A stretch of DNA of 57,538 nucleotides, filler included, from Sphacelaria rigidula (lineage: Eukaryota), in assembly GCA_964200075.2 (NCBI GenBank). It is 6 parts of 6 records of this genome, joined end to end, with 100 filler letters (N's around TTAATTAATTAA, not from the genome) between each part and the next. Parts side by side here need not be neighbours in the genome. Positions count along the whole stretch, not along the records: positions 19,216 to 28,721 come from CAXNAA020008335.1; positions 28,822 to 38,327 come from CAXNAA020008336.1; 4 more parts are not named here. One strand, given 5' to 3'. The notes beneath the pieces were generated by a model. That model did not search any database. It saw only the letters and a program-made list of their open reading frames with translations, and was not told where the DNA came from. Both the position numbers and the translations under genes were made by a program. Positions within the stretch are counted from its first letter, which is position 1. Every line of letters begins with the position of its first letter. This document shows, piece after piece, positions 24,501-35,888 of this stretch.

Positions 24501-25025
24501 AAACCGTACTGGTGAAATTTCGTGCAGTAGGGCGCAATACTCGAGTTTACCGTCGCCAACACGACCACCTGCTCCAATCCAGACGAGCCCATGATCCTTC
24601 AAAAACGCTTCCATTTCGCCCACTTGTCGATGAAGATGCTCGTTTTCTTCGAACAAGTCAATGAGTAGCCTCAGATCTTCCCTGCGGGTACCAGCTGGTG
24701 ACGGAGTGTCCCTACAAACGCCAGTTGATGACGGAACTGTACGCTGTTCATCTCGCCCGGGTGGCGAGCGCATCATCTACGGCGGAGTCAACGGGATCGT
24801 ACAGAAATCAGGAATACGAACATACACACTGGGCGTTTTTTCAACTGTATGGGGATTTTGTCGCTGGTGGTCTATGGTGGTACCGGTTGACCACACGGCA
24901 TTGATTCTCATGTCGACTCGGAAGCTGATACTCCACAACTAAACAGTATGTCTGACCTCCGCGTTTTCGTCGACTACGCGGGGCAGTCGTTCGTGCACAC
25001 CCGGCTGAAGCACAGCAGCCACATC
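21540..25025 (-). CDS. UBXN11: UBXN11-like p97/VCP cofactor (coiled coil, SEP, SHP box, UBX); 8 exons traced, 5' end unresolved
   Basis: Exons 25025-24957, 24776-24551, 24354-24287, 24072-23950, 23690-23554, 23297-23107 (or 23104), 22793-22606 and 21794-21540; all GT-AG and phase-consistent. Motifs QVGEMEAFLKDHGLVWIG, LVFYADGIV, DLRDGFFPSELKEAHPDG (SEP), AFPGKGRRLG (SHP) and FQLRSPF...SLQEAGLAPSAVLVL (UBX) match my recollection of UBXN11. Confidence 0.88.
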
Positions 25026-25068
25026 CTGCGTTGATACCAGGCGGTGACGTTGCTCGTTTCTCGTGTAC

Positions 25069-26134
25069 TCAGTGGGAACAGAAGGTCTTGTCTGTGCTCG
25101 GCCCTCCATCGCTGCAAACCCTATCCATGAGAGGTGAAAATCCGACGGCGTGGCTTTGGGCAGGCCGACGGAAGTAGTTACTACGTCGTAAGTTTATGCC
25201 TATATTTATCGTGTGGATGAGGGAGGAGCGCGCATTTCGCGCTTCTTGCGCTTCTTGCGTCAGGAATACATCCGTTCTAAAACTTGACTGCATAACTGGA
25301 AAATAGCGTGACTCAGGGATATTGTCTCGAGGAATAGGTGTCCTGAGACAGTCCTGCGGCGAGCGATTGTTTGTTGGATGAAAGCAAGCCGCCTTACAGC
25401 AACAGTAAGTTCCCTAATACGAACGAACGAGCGCTGAAGCTGCTGCACATGTGGAGATCGAGTGTTTCTTGCCCATGTTTTCGCCGAATGTTTTTGTCCG
25501 GATACACAGATACAGGCGAGGTATTTTCGGATGGAGCTCGGATAAACAGAGTATTACTGTATCGCACCATGTTTTATGGTCTCAAGACATGTTTTTGTGG
25601 TCTCAAGACTTGTCTCAGACGGTAACCAAACAGTATTTTTCTCATTACGTCGCATTCGGAAGAAAAAAAGCGTCCAATGACTGCATGCCCATATTGCTAG
25701 AGGTACCTGCTCTTGTAGTCTTGGCATCAGCATGCGTTGTTGATTGAGTAGGTTGCGTACCTTGATCCGGCGGCTTGCCCATAAGTTCGTCGAACGCACG
25801 CCTATCGCACGGATGCGAGACAAACATGTGAAGACCATCCCTTCTGCCAGGAGACATTATCCTGTTCGACAACGGAGTCACACGTGATTCCGAAGGTGGA
25901 TCTGTGCGAGAATGTGCAAGACAACCGTTTCGCGAGGGACCGCAATATTCCGGCGCGTTGTCGTGGCCCTCTCTTGTCGGGTGTGATGGTGTCGTGTGTG
26001 ATAAGCGTAGATTTGCCAACGGTATCTTTGCATCCTCCCGCTTCGGGTGTAGTGTGGACATGGTTCAAGTGGACAACATGGTCGAGCCTCGGCGGGGAAG
26101 GGAGTAGCACTTTGATCCGAAGTGACAGTGTCAC
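25069..26134 (-). CDS. Possible upstream exons of the UBXN11-like gene
   Basis: Minus-strand open frames with plausible splice sites (e.g. acceptor ttttccag near 25297); structure not resolved. Confidence 0.3.
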
Positions 26135-27279
26135 GACAAGCAGTTCCCGTTGGTCATGCGATCAATCCAGCGAGACCATATTCATGCGCTACAACTGACT
26201 GTGTAATGTATACGTATGTGGCGGGCGTCTGGTACGAGTACTGGGAGCAACCGGGAGAAAAGTGGCGTGCTCTGCGTCTGTGTTCAGTGTCCTTGTCCGA
26301 GGTAAACCATCGTTGTGACTTGCGATATGAACACGGTGAACTCGACACGAAATCCCCACGGATAACATGCCGAGGGTGTTCTACAGCATGCTGAAGACGT
26401 TTACAACGGGGCTGGGTGTATTCATTGACAAGGGGAGCTTGCTGTATCTTGCGCATGGGCATTTGACGATTTGGTAAACACGACACGCCACATCTACGAA
26501 GATGTGCCGTTTCGTTCAAATCCGTTTCATTTGCAATCCTGCCCCCCTCTCCTCAATTTCGGCATACCTTGTCGACTTCATCGCACTAGCATGTAAAACA
26601 TTATCGGTTCTCTTTTATTCGGTGTGCCCTTCTCTTTCTTTTCTACAACATATACAGAGCGCCATTTGTTTCTGGAGAGCATGCTTTGTGCTTTCAATAA
26701 AAAATGGTGATTATTATTCGACAGTGTTGTGGCTCCGGTCCCACATACTCGTAGGGTTACCCTCCCCGTTCGATATTTTTTGAGGCTTGAACTAAATGAT
26801 GAAATTCAATAATCATTTTCAGGTGGTGTTCTTGGCGACGCAGAAAATAACTCGGCAATCAGCATTTAATTCAACGCGGCATTTTTATTCGATGTAGTTA
26901 CCCCGTGTACAGGAGTATCAATTGAGTTGTAGTTGGTTGTGCTGTGCAAGACTACTGCTCAGGCGAAAGCTATTCTGTTGAACGACGTGAGCAATGAACA
27001 TAGAATAATCTGGTTGCCCAACCTCCCGGTAGTTTGCCCATTTTTTCGGAAGTGATCTATGATGCTTTTCGTTCATTTAATCGAAAGTCGAGACCGTCAT
27101 GAATCGTGTCAATACATGTCATACGCTGCATGTCACACGTCAAGATGGATGCTTTCCATTTTCGTGCGTCCTCTGTAAGAGAGTGGTCTTCGATGAATGC
27201 TGTAGTACATTGGGCATTGCCTTCTTCTGAGCGATTTGGTACACTCCGTTGCCTTGCTGTGCCGCCTTCCTCAAACTTG

Positions 27280-27435
27280 CGTCGAACGGAAGACTTGAAA
27301 GGCGTTCTAACAAGCATCATGTCGGAGGTGTCACAGCTGAACGAGATGAACGCGGTGCTCATAGCCTCCAAACAAGACAACGAAAAAAGGAGGCACGATG
27401 CTGATGAGATGGCGATCAAGATTACGGAGTATGAG
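27280..27435 (+). CDS. Coiled-coil-like exon of a gene divergent from UBXN11-like
   Basis: LKGVLTSIMSEVSQLNEMNAVLIASKQDNEKRRHDADEMAIKITEYE followed by a gtagtg donor. Confidence 0.45.
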
Positions 27436-27608
27436 GTAGTGTAAAGAATCACGTGCCCTGTGAGGTAGTACTCTTACTACATCAGGATGCATCTGATCAT
27501 TTTGAAAATGAGGTTACACATTCACTATTATACTGTCTGTACACCATTCATTTCGGTAGGTGACAACCCGCAATTCTTTCTGGTGTATTCTGTTGTACTG
27601 TAATCTAC

Positions 27609-28721
27609 AGTACTGAGGCCCATTATTAGTGTTTTCGGAGATCTCCGATTTTTTCGGGACTGGCAAGGTACCTGATGACTCTCAAATGCTTGTGAGCCCC
27701 CAGACAAGGCAGCTCTCCGAGTCGCAGTTCGAATTTTTCGGAACTTCTAAAAAATGAGGCTTTGGATGGAGAAAAAATTAAGCTGATTCGGTCTCGCAAA
27801 ACTCTGAACGCAAAGTCCGAAGACTCCAACAATTTCCAAGACGACCGAAACTAGACGTCGATAAGGCCCATGGTTATCGACACTATTTTTTCGGAGATCT
27901 CCGAAATTGTCGGGACTGGCGAGATACCCGATGACTGTCAAGCGCTTGTAAGCGCCGCGGCCAACATGGGGCAGCTCTCCAAAGTGCTGCGTTGCGGTTC
28001 GATTTTTTCGGACTTCTCAGAAGATAAAAATCTTCGGAGCAAAAATCAAGGGGTAATATACAAAAAAGGGTACACCCTGGTGCTTTTGGAGCAAAAATGG
28101 GTAGCGCATCTTTCGCTTTGGGGCGCGGCGCTGCACACTGGCTGAACGCCTCGAAAATACGTTCCAGCGCCCCAGCCCCACACCCAAGGTCCCTGGGCAG
28201 CATACCCGACCATTTTTTATCACTTTCACAAGTGTTACTGGGCTCAACTACCGCGCCGAAAATGAGAGCCTGTGAGAGTACCCTTTTTTTGTAAGCAAAA
28301 CAGGAGGGTACACCCTGCCCTCTGCTAAAAACTTATATCTACCCTTTTTTGTTATATCGTTGTCCCTTTTCTGTCAAGTGGTGACCCTTTTTTGTGAAGC
28401 GGTGACCGTACCGCCGTCTCAGCGCAAGTTACGCCGAGCAGTCACAACTATAGCCATTTTCGGTAAAACTACACCCCGCCAAAAAAGGCCGAAACTCAAC
28501 GACCAGAAGACTGTAGCCCCCCTGTTGGTCGACCCGAAGACCCGGAAGATCCAACGATACATACAGGTCCCTTGCGTGCCGGACCTCACGAAGATCCAAC
28601 GAACAGGGGTGAACATCTTGCCGACACACCAGCCCGAACGGCATCATGCGGGGGCGGCAACGTCAGACCGTTGCCGGATCTGCAATTTGCCGCTCGGAAA
28701 CGGAGATGGACACCGACCGGA
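27609..28721 (+). mobile_element. Probable left end of a DNA transposon, truncated by the contig end
   Basis: TA+cagt start; ~130-bp direct repeats at 27630-27760 and 27886-28030; recurring gggtacaccctg; an ORF with CRIC runs off the contig end. Confidence 0.4.
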
Positions 28722-28821
28722 NNNNNNNNNNNNNNNNNNNNNNNNNNNNNNNNNNNNNNNNNNNNTTAATTAATTAANNNNNNNNNNNNNNNNNNNNNNN
28801 NNNNNNNNNNNNNNNNNNNNN
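28722..28821. other. Artificial contig linker
   Basis: Same 100-bp structure. Confidence 0.97.
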
Positions 28822-29297
28822 CCTCTAGCTCCGTCTCTCGTCCCACAGCATTGCCAGATTCAGTCGCCTTGTGAACATGACCACATATATAGCGGGGTGC
28901 ATTTATTCCCGAATTTCCCCCGAGCATTACATGTTAGTGCTATCAACCAGGGTCTACCATAGATTGGTGACCCAACAAAAATTCGGGGGATGGAAGGTCG
29001 GGCCTACATAAAATGCAAGTGAATGATGAAAAATTCGGGAATCCGAGCCCCGAAAATGTAGGCTTTCTTTTGCTTAGAAGGCTTTTCTGTGGGTCAGGGA
29101 CAGGGTACACCAACTTTGCAGTGGCATCACTCCCGGCAACACTCCCCCCCAGTGGTCGTTCTGATGTGACCGATAAATTTCGCCTCGCCCTGATTGGACT
29201 GGTCGCTCCCAGACTTGTTTATTATTATTGTAATAACACGTCGTGAAGGTGGTATTTGTGAGCTTCAGTCCCAAAAAGGGTGAAGCGGCCTAGCGTC

Positions 29298-29590
29298 TAC
29301 TCTCAGTAATAGTCGAGTACAGACTATCACTTGGGTATGACCTCAACACTCAATTTTTGGGGTAGATCCAGTATGACGTCAAATACTCTCCTCAATTTTT
29401 GGGTGATTGAATACGACCTCAAACAATCTACTCGACATTGGGTAAGCACTCTCAGCAATACTTGAGTATAGTGTATCACTTGTTTATGACCTCAATACTT
29501 CACGCAGATTTCGGGTAGATTGAGTATGACCTAAAATGCTCTACCCAAATGTTGGGCAGAATGAGTACGACCTCAAATACTCTACTCGAC
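29298..29590 (+). repeat. Hierarchical tandem repeat: ~38-bp subunits within a ~150-bp dimer
   Basis: Motif like gggtagattgagtatgacctcaaatactctac recurs about six times; actctcag.aata.t.gagta marks the dimer starts at ~29299 and ~29448. Confidence 0.75.
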
Positions 29591-30439
29591 CTGCCCCTTG
29601 AACAGTTCCAATTCGGGATTTTCGTATTGGATACATGTGCGCTAGTCATACCTTATATGCCGCAGATAGGTCAACAAGACTGAATTGTCAAGGTATTTTT
29701 TCCAGGCCCGGTCTGGGCTTCATATTCCTTCATTAGCTTGCTACAGTCCAGGACAGTATTTCTGATATTATGTTCACAAGCACCGAGTCATGTAGCAGGC
29801 TTACGGTGTATACCTTCGAAAGGCGGCGGTGCTGTAGCACACGGGGTCGCACGCACAAGAGAGATTGATGTCCACGTTAGCTGTCGGATGTCCCGTGTGT
29901 AGAGTGCTTAATTGTCTTCGCCATCGCATGTAATATGCAGTTTAGAGGCCCACTGCCCACCCCTAAGGAGATCGTAGCTAGTTCGAGCGGAAACTCTTGA
30001 TGAGTTGAATGCTATGCGCTTCGTTTGGGTAAAGCTAGTGAAAAACCGCTAGGTGTCAGGTATCTAGTTGAGCAGTCATTTGGCAATAGTTCGCCGCTAC
30101 ACAACGAGTTGCCCGGGTTCACTACCCTAGGCTTGTGCGGAAGCCACCAACTGCGTGATTGTTTTGGGTCAGAGTTGCTCCCGTGCAACTGGATGTGCGA
30201 GTCTTCCCGCCCAAAATTTGCCTACAGACACGCATCTGCACATGTTTCAGGTTCCTTATCCAACACAGTTGTCTACGAGCGTCTAGTTGCACATCTTCCT
30301 CGTCCAGTAATTGTCTACTAACAATCGGTTGCGCGACATTTTTGCCCGACAGTTTTTTTGCAGGCTATTATTCTCTCAACCATGTCCACCTTGGATTCCC
30401 CACGAGTTATCGCTGGTACTGCGCCAGCGAGGGCAGTTC

Positions 30440-30610
30440 TCCGATCGGCGGCTCTCCACGCAGTAACCTCTAGTTTGTGGCAGCGGTCCGATTCTCGTTT
30501 GTCTTTGCGTCTCCACGTGCCCTCGAACTCTTTCGTCCCTTTCTCGACTCCAGTATGCCATTTGCCCATGCTCTTCGCCCCAGTTACCCAATCTACAACA
30601 ACGGTGGGCT
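30440..30610 (-). mobile_element. Decayed 3' fragment of a non-LTR (RTE-like) retrotransposon ORF
   Basis: DWVTGAKSMGKWHTGVEKGTKEFEGTWRR resembles, from memory, the Trp-rich C-terminus of RTE-type ORFs. Confidence 0.45.
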
Positions 30611-32795
30611 TCAAATGGCTGATGTGCACCTGATTGGAAATAGTCCACGGTTAAGGTGAATCATCACGACTTATAATCACCAAATCCACGACTTCTTCGG
30701 TCTGATTTCCCGAAAGGGAGAAAAAAGTTGACCGCTGATCCAAGAGGTCCCCACGCAACGTTTGCGCCATTCCACGTGTCTGCGCTACGTGTACCTGAGT
30801 TGCAACGCTGAAAACAAAGCCTAGGGGTTAATTCGTACAAGTCGAATCCGTCATACTAAAACCAAGTAATTTCCAGACGAATCATTATTTGTCGGACCCT
30901 TGAAATAGTCGGTTCCTTACTCTGAACCCTCGAGTGAGGAACCGGGGACACGGTTGATAATTCAGAGACACAGCCTGGGCCAGCCTACAGGCGGAACTGT
31001 ATTTTTCAAGTCATCTAGCAGCTCATTTTTGAGACTTATGCTTCGAAGTTTTGTATAGAAAATCGCGAGGGCATACATTATGTTGTTGTTATACGGATAT
31101 TTAGTCTCCTGTTTTTCTTCAAGTTTAAGAACGTCCGACCGTAGTCATGACTATTTTTTTCACGGGGACGTCCTTAACTCACGAAGAAGAAATCATGATC
31201 CAGACTCGAAACTAACTTAGCCTTTGAACCAATCACATGAGCATCCTGCTCACCGACCGACATAAAATGGCCAAAGAGCAGCGCGTCGATGGATGATCTA
31301 CCGCGAGAGAAATAGCGCTTGTCGAGGTGATGCAACTATTGTAAACCGTGAGTATACGCAGAGTTGAGAGTACGTTAGTAGCTAACCAAGTGGGTTATCG
31401 GCGCGAGTTGTTTGATTTTTGTACAGAAAAAGTAATGCTCGTCACCCGCCTTTTCTGAGCCTTCCCTCACGGGCGGTGGATTTACCCCGAATGGCGTATG
31501 AGCCCACCCAGTTCCACGTTTTCTTTTTTCCACAGCAAAAGGAACGCGGAGAGGAATACTTGTGTCATCGAGGGCAAGGAGTCGCGAGCACACGAAGAGC
31601 AGCTGACACAGCAATCGATGCTTTCATCTACAGTAGTACACCCTCCATCGACCCCGAACAGCCGATGGTGGCAGCGTACGCAGTAGGCGGTGTGACGACC
31701 ATTTGCCTTTCTATCGGCTGCCAGTCACAGTCATTTGCGTTCGCGATAAATTCTGTCTCTGCCAGTCTCTATTATAGACGTATTCCGTGTTTTTTTTTGC
31801 AAAAAGCCAAACACAGAAGATCTCTAGGTGACTATGCATGCTTCTCGATGAACGACGTTCTGTGGCTTTCCACCCAGGCCATCTGGGCCTGTTTGACCAG
31901 CACATGACACTAGCGACGGGCACTGTAGCATCAGACGACACTGTGCTTGCCGTGAAATGCGTAGTAATCGCAACACACGTCGTCGCTTCTGCACAGCACC
32001 TATAATACTGGCAGCCAGTTCAAGCTACATGGGGGTTATGTGGCGAGCACTCTTTTTTTTTTTGGCAAGGATGATCTGACGTCAGGAAGGGAGACTGTCA
32101 CTTGCACTGCTACCTTACTACCACTACTATTACTGCTGCTGCTGCTACAACTACTTTGCTTGTTCTCTTCATTCTTTTGTTCCCATTTTGTCGAGGTTCG
32201 TTCAGCGAGTGCCTATGTTCCGTTCACCTTGAGCTAGCTGTTTATCTCGCGATCGCGCCTGAATTTCATCGCGGTTAGCTGTTTCGTGTCTTGTGACGAT
32301 ACTCAATACAAGAACCGTAGACCCAAATGAAACAGCCGTCGAATCAGGACCTACTGCAGGTTGTGGCACCAACGTGACGCATGGATTTACCCTTTCCCCT
32401 TGATCGCCATCGCAGGTTCTTCACGCATTGCTTGGCGTAGTTCGTTCGCCATGGTTTACCACCCTCTTGCAGGTTGGCTCTAGGATCGCTTTGTTGTGGG
32501 GATTCATGTGGGCTGTTCCGAGCACTCAGGAACATTTCGGAACGACGCTGTGCATCACAAGCTGGGCAGCGGTCGAGATTCCGAGGTGAAACCGCATGCA
32601 TAGCGAGGTTTGGACAAAACTATCCTGTTTCGCATCCTACTTGTTCTGAGGGCTCAAGGGCGTTACTTCCCTCGTGGTGCTACTACGGGGGAAAGTTATT
32701 ATTAATAGTAGAAGTATTACAAAAGTAGTATACGAGAGTGGAGGGACGCCAACAGAAAAAATCACGAAATGGGCCTTAATTTTCTGTGTGTGTAT

Positions 32796-33731
32796 GACTG
32801 CTGCCGAGATAGTCCCCCACTGAACCGGCCAAAAACGTGCACGAAGGCGATAATCATACATGCCGTTAGAGCTGGTTTCGTGCTGCATGACACGACTCAT
32901 TTGGGCGTTATAGCTGATTTCGGACTGCTCCACGCTTGTCATGTGGGCGAAATTGCTGCAGACGAGCCCAATACAGTCTTACGCCAAAACAAAACAAAAC
33001 AAGTCAACTGCCAAGATTCCCGCATACAAAAGTCATAGGCACCTCACGTATCTTCCGACGGTTCAACAGGGTTTAGTAATGTATTTTCAGTACAAATCAA
33101 GGGTTATTTCGCTTGTGGATTTCTCCGCTGCGTCTGTTTTAACCGGCCTGAAACTTGGCACAGAGGTAGACCACAACACAGACAGCATAGTCCCGGAGCG
33201 GTGACACGTTTTACGTGGTGCGCTATAATAGTTGAACGAAGAAAACTACGGATTTTGGGCAATGCCATCGATACGCCCTCAAAACGCAGTCCCCTCGGCC
33301 CAGACTGCGTGAGACGTGAGTGGATGTATATGTTGACACGCAGATGCGCTCACTTCCTGCTGGGTGGCTCCTGCCCCGGCAAACGAACACATCGATCCGT
33401 ATTGCGCACCTCTGGATGATGTCATTCTACGCGGTACCCATCTTGGTATCGCCTGTAGAGGTGCTCACTTCAGGAGACACGGCCATGCAAGCGCTGTTAG
33501 TGCTTTTACGTGCTGAAACTTCGACCACATGTCATGTTGACTACAGACAACAACCCTATATTGCTGATTATAGGGTTGTGGGGTGTGTGCGTGCGTATTG
33601 GGGCGAAAATATGTCGGATTCTGTTCCGATTTTTTTTTTCTTTTGGCGTAAGACTGAAGAGTGAGATCACAGCCGCTTTGTCGGACGATCTCCGGTGCAC
33701 TTTGTGTGGAGAGGCTCTCTCGGCGTTAGTC
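32796..33731 (+). mobile_element. MITE family C copy interrupted by a mariner-type MITE
   Basis: Termini gactgctgccgagatag / ctctctcggcgttagtc; flanks gtat/atat. Confidence 0.8.
32974..33656. mobile_element. 683-bp Tc1/mariner-type MITE
   Basis: Perfect 16-bp TIR cagtcttacgccaaaa / ttttggcgtaagactg; TA on the left, AA on the right; absent from the 9225 copy of the host element. Confidence 0.88.
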
Positions 33732-34304
33732 ATATATATATATATATATATATTTCTTTGATTTCTTGTCGCTGACCGCGAGGACCTTGCGGTTTATCCG
33801 AGCTATCCTATGTTGAAATCGGGCCGACTGCTCGAGTTACGCCCGTTCATGTATCCACTCGTTCTAACAATGTTCCCCCGTAGATACTTCACCAAGGCAA
33901 GCAACAAATGAGTACGTAGATAGTTCAACTGCGATTATCTCTTATGCCGAAGAAGGGTGCGGTTGTACCGGAAGAAGAGCTCGTAAGTATCACCCGTGTT
34001 GTCATCGCCCTGAATCACACACTAGCATCCCTGGACATGTCTGACCCGCAGTATGAACGCCGTTTTTTACCTTTGGGCACGGACAGTTCACGCCGTTTCA
34101 CGTGCTGCAGTGATACAAGATGATTCGCTGCGGCAGGCCGGTCTTTGTGCATGCGAACAGCGTCCCACGAAATATGGGCAAGATCGGTTGTATTTTGTTG
34201 GTGTGCTCAGCGCGTCGAAAGTCCTCTAAAGGGATGGGAAATAATGTTCCACCAGCCGGCTACCATAGCTGTATGTACAGTCAGCACGGTCAGTGTTTTC
34301 CCTG

Positions 34305-34425
34305 ACGCACGGTTTTCTCACATCATGCTCAACAGTGGAGAGCGACTATGTCGTGGGTACACAACGTTCGACGTCACGGTCGACGAGGGAAAGCGACCGC
34401 TGAACCCGTCTCGCGATACTCATTG
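34305..34425 (+). mobile_element. SINE family 1 body fragment
   Basis: catcatgctca...ggagagcga.tatgtcg.gggtacacaa...gtcgacgagggaaagcgaccgctgaacccgtctcgcga matches 19670-19780 reversed. Confidence 0.75.
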
Positions 34426-35888
34426 ACCTCTCTCCTGTGTGACCCCAGCTGATGCACCCACGTGTACCGAAAGGTGTAGGCTGGTGTGCAGAGTAGATGG
34501 AAAATCACACACACACACACACACATACACGCGCCGTTGATCATCACGCTTGCAATCCAGCAGCACCAGACCCAAACCCATCACAGTATAAATGCTACTG
34601 TAGAGAGCACGACAGACACAGCCGTCTTTCCCCTTGTTGGCCCCGTGTGGCTTGTACGCAACCTGCAGTTGGATGTAGTCGTACAGTAGTAGCGTGTCTG
34701 CTGTGGCCCAACTTGGATTGCGGCACCTGTATAGTCTGTGCTGTACTGCACTGTACTGTTTCCACGTTATATTGTACTGTTTGTACCGTACTGCCTGTAC
34801 TCTGTAGGCCAGAGATTGGTTTCCAAGTGCCGGCTCAAGATCCCAACAAGTAGACCGTCGTTTAGTTTTGTACGCTGGTGCCCAAGCATTGAAAGACGCC
34901 CCAGGCCTCCGTGGCGGTCGTCGACCAGTCAGCTAGATCACATACATCGTGTTGCGCCCCTTCGATGGTTTGGCGGGATGACGTACATGCATTATTGTTG
35001 TGCTTACTTGTTGTGAGGGGCACGAAATAAAAAACCGCACAATCGCCAATTCTGATCATGTGGGCTGAGGATGGGTGACAAAATAAGGTATACTGCACAC
35101 AACCGTCATATCTTGTCGTATGAGTTGTAGACATGTCGAATGAAGACGCACGGAAGGTAATACCCAGGCGCTGCGATCTCCCACATGGTATATCTCCACA
35201 ACGCTATTTTATGATATACACAGGCAGTAGTGATGATGATCACAGAAGGGGTGCGGGCACAACTTATTCTCCAATACACCGACAATCGATTTGTACGAAA
35301 AGCAAGGCAGAAAGGCGTAAATCCCGAACTCTGTGCCGAGGAAGCTGACGGTGAGGCAAACAGACCTTTTCGGGCATGTTTTTTTTTTTTCCGACACAAA
35401 TATATTCTCGTCACTTTTATCCACACGATCAAACCTGCACGGTGTCTTATCTCAACATCCGATAGGAAGGTCAGCACGCTTCTTGATGATACAGGCTTCT
35501 TACCAGTATCCTGGCTGTGCATGTTCGACCATCACAGTTGAAGCAATACAAAACAGTTTGGAGGTGTCTTATGAGCTGACGTGTGCCGCTTGACAGCCTG
35601 AGACGTCTCCATGAACCAAAAATCAGTCCTTTTAGAAAGTTCTCATGGGGCACAACGTGTGTGTGTCGTCAGCATTCTCGGCGATTGCATCACACGGGTG
35701 TTACATTTTCATATCTACATTAATGGGAATATCCTGCGAGAAAGTGACATCTGGCTCACACCGTCAACATTTCCCTTCTTCATTTTGTCGTCACACTGGT
35801 GATCCTTCTCCCCTTCCTGCAAACGGGCTCGTGGTGTCCAGGTTACCAAACTCATACTTTTCCGCGGTAAACGCCTTCCATTTTTTCT

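Noticed and set aside
27280..31700. One plus-strand gene joining the 27.3-kb exon to exon-like pieces at 31.2-31.7 kb
   Set aside because: The pieces are separated by an artificial linker and lie on different contigs
33732..33752. (TA)n here, (CA)n near 34506 and (GA)n near 46465 as functional sites
   Set aside because: Ordinary short microsatellites with no supporting context
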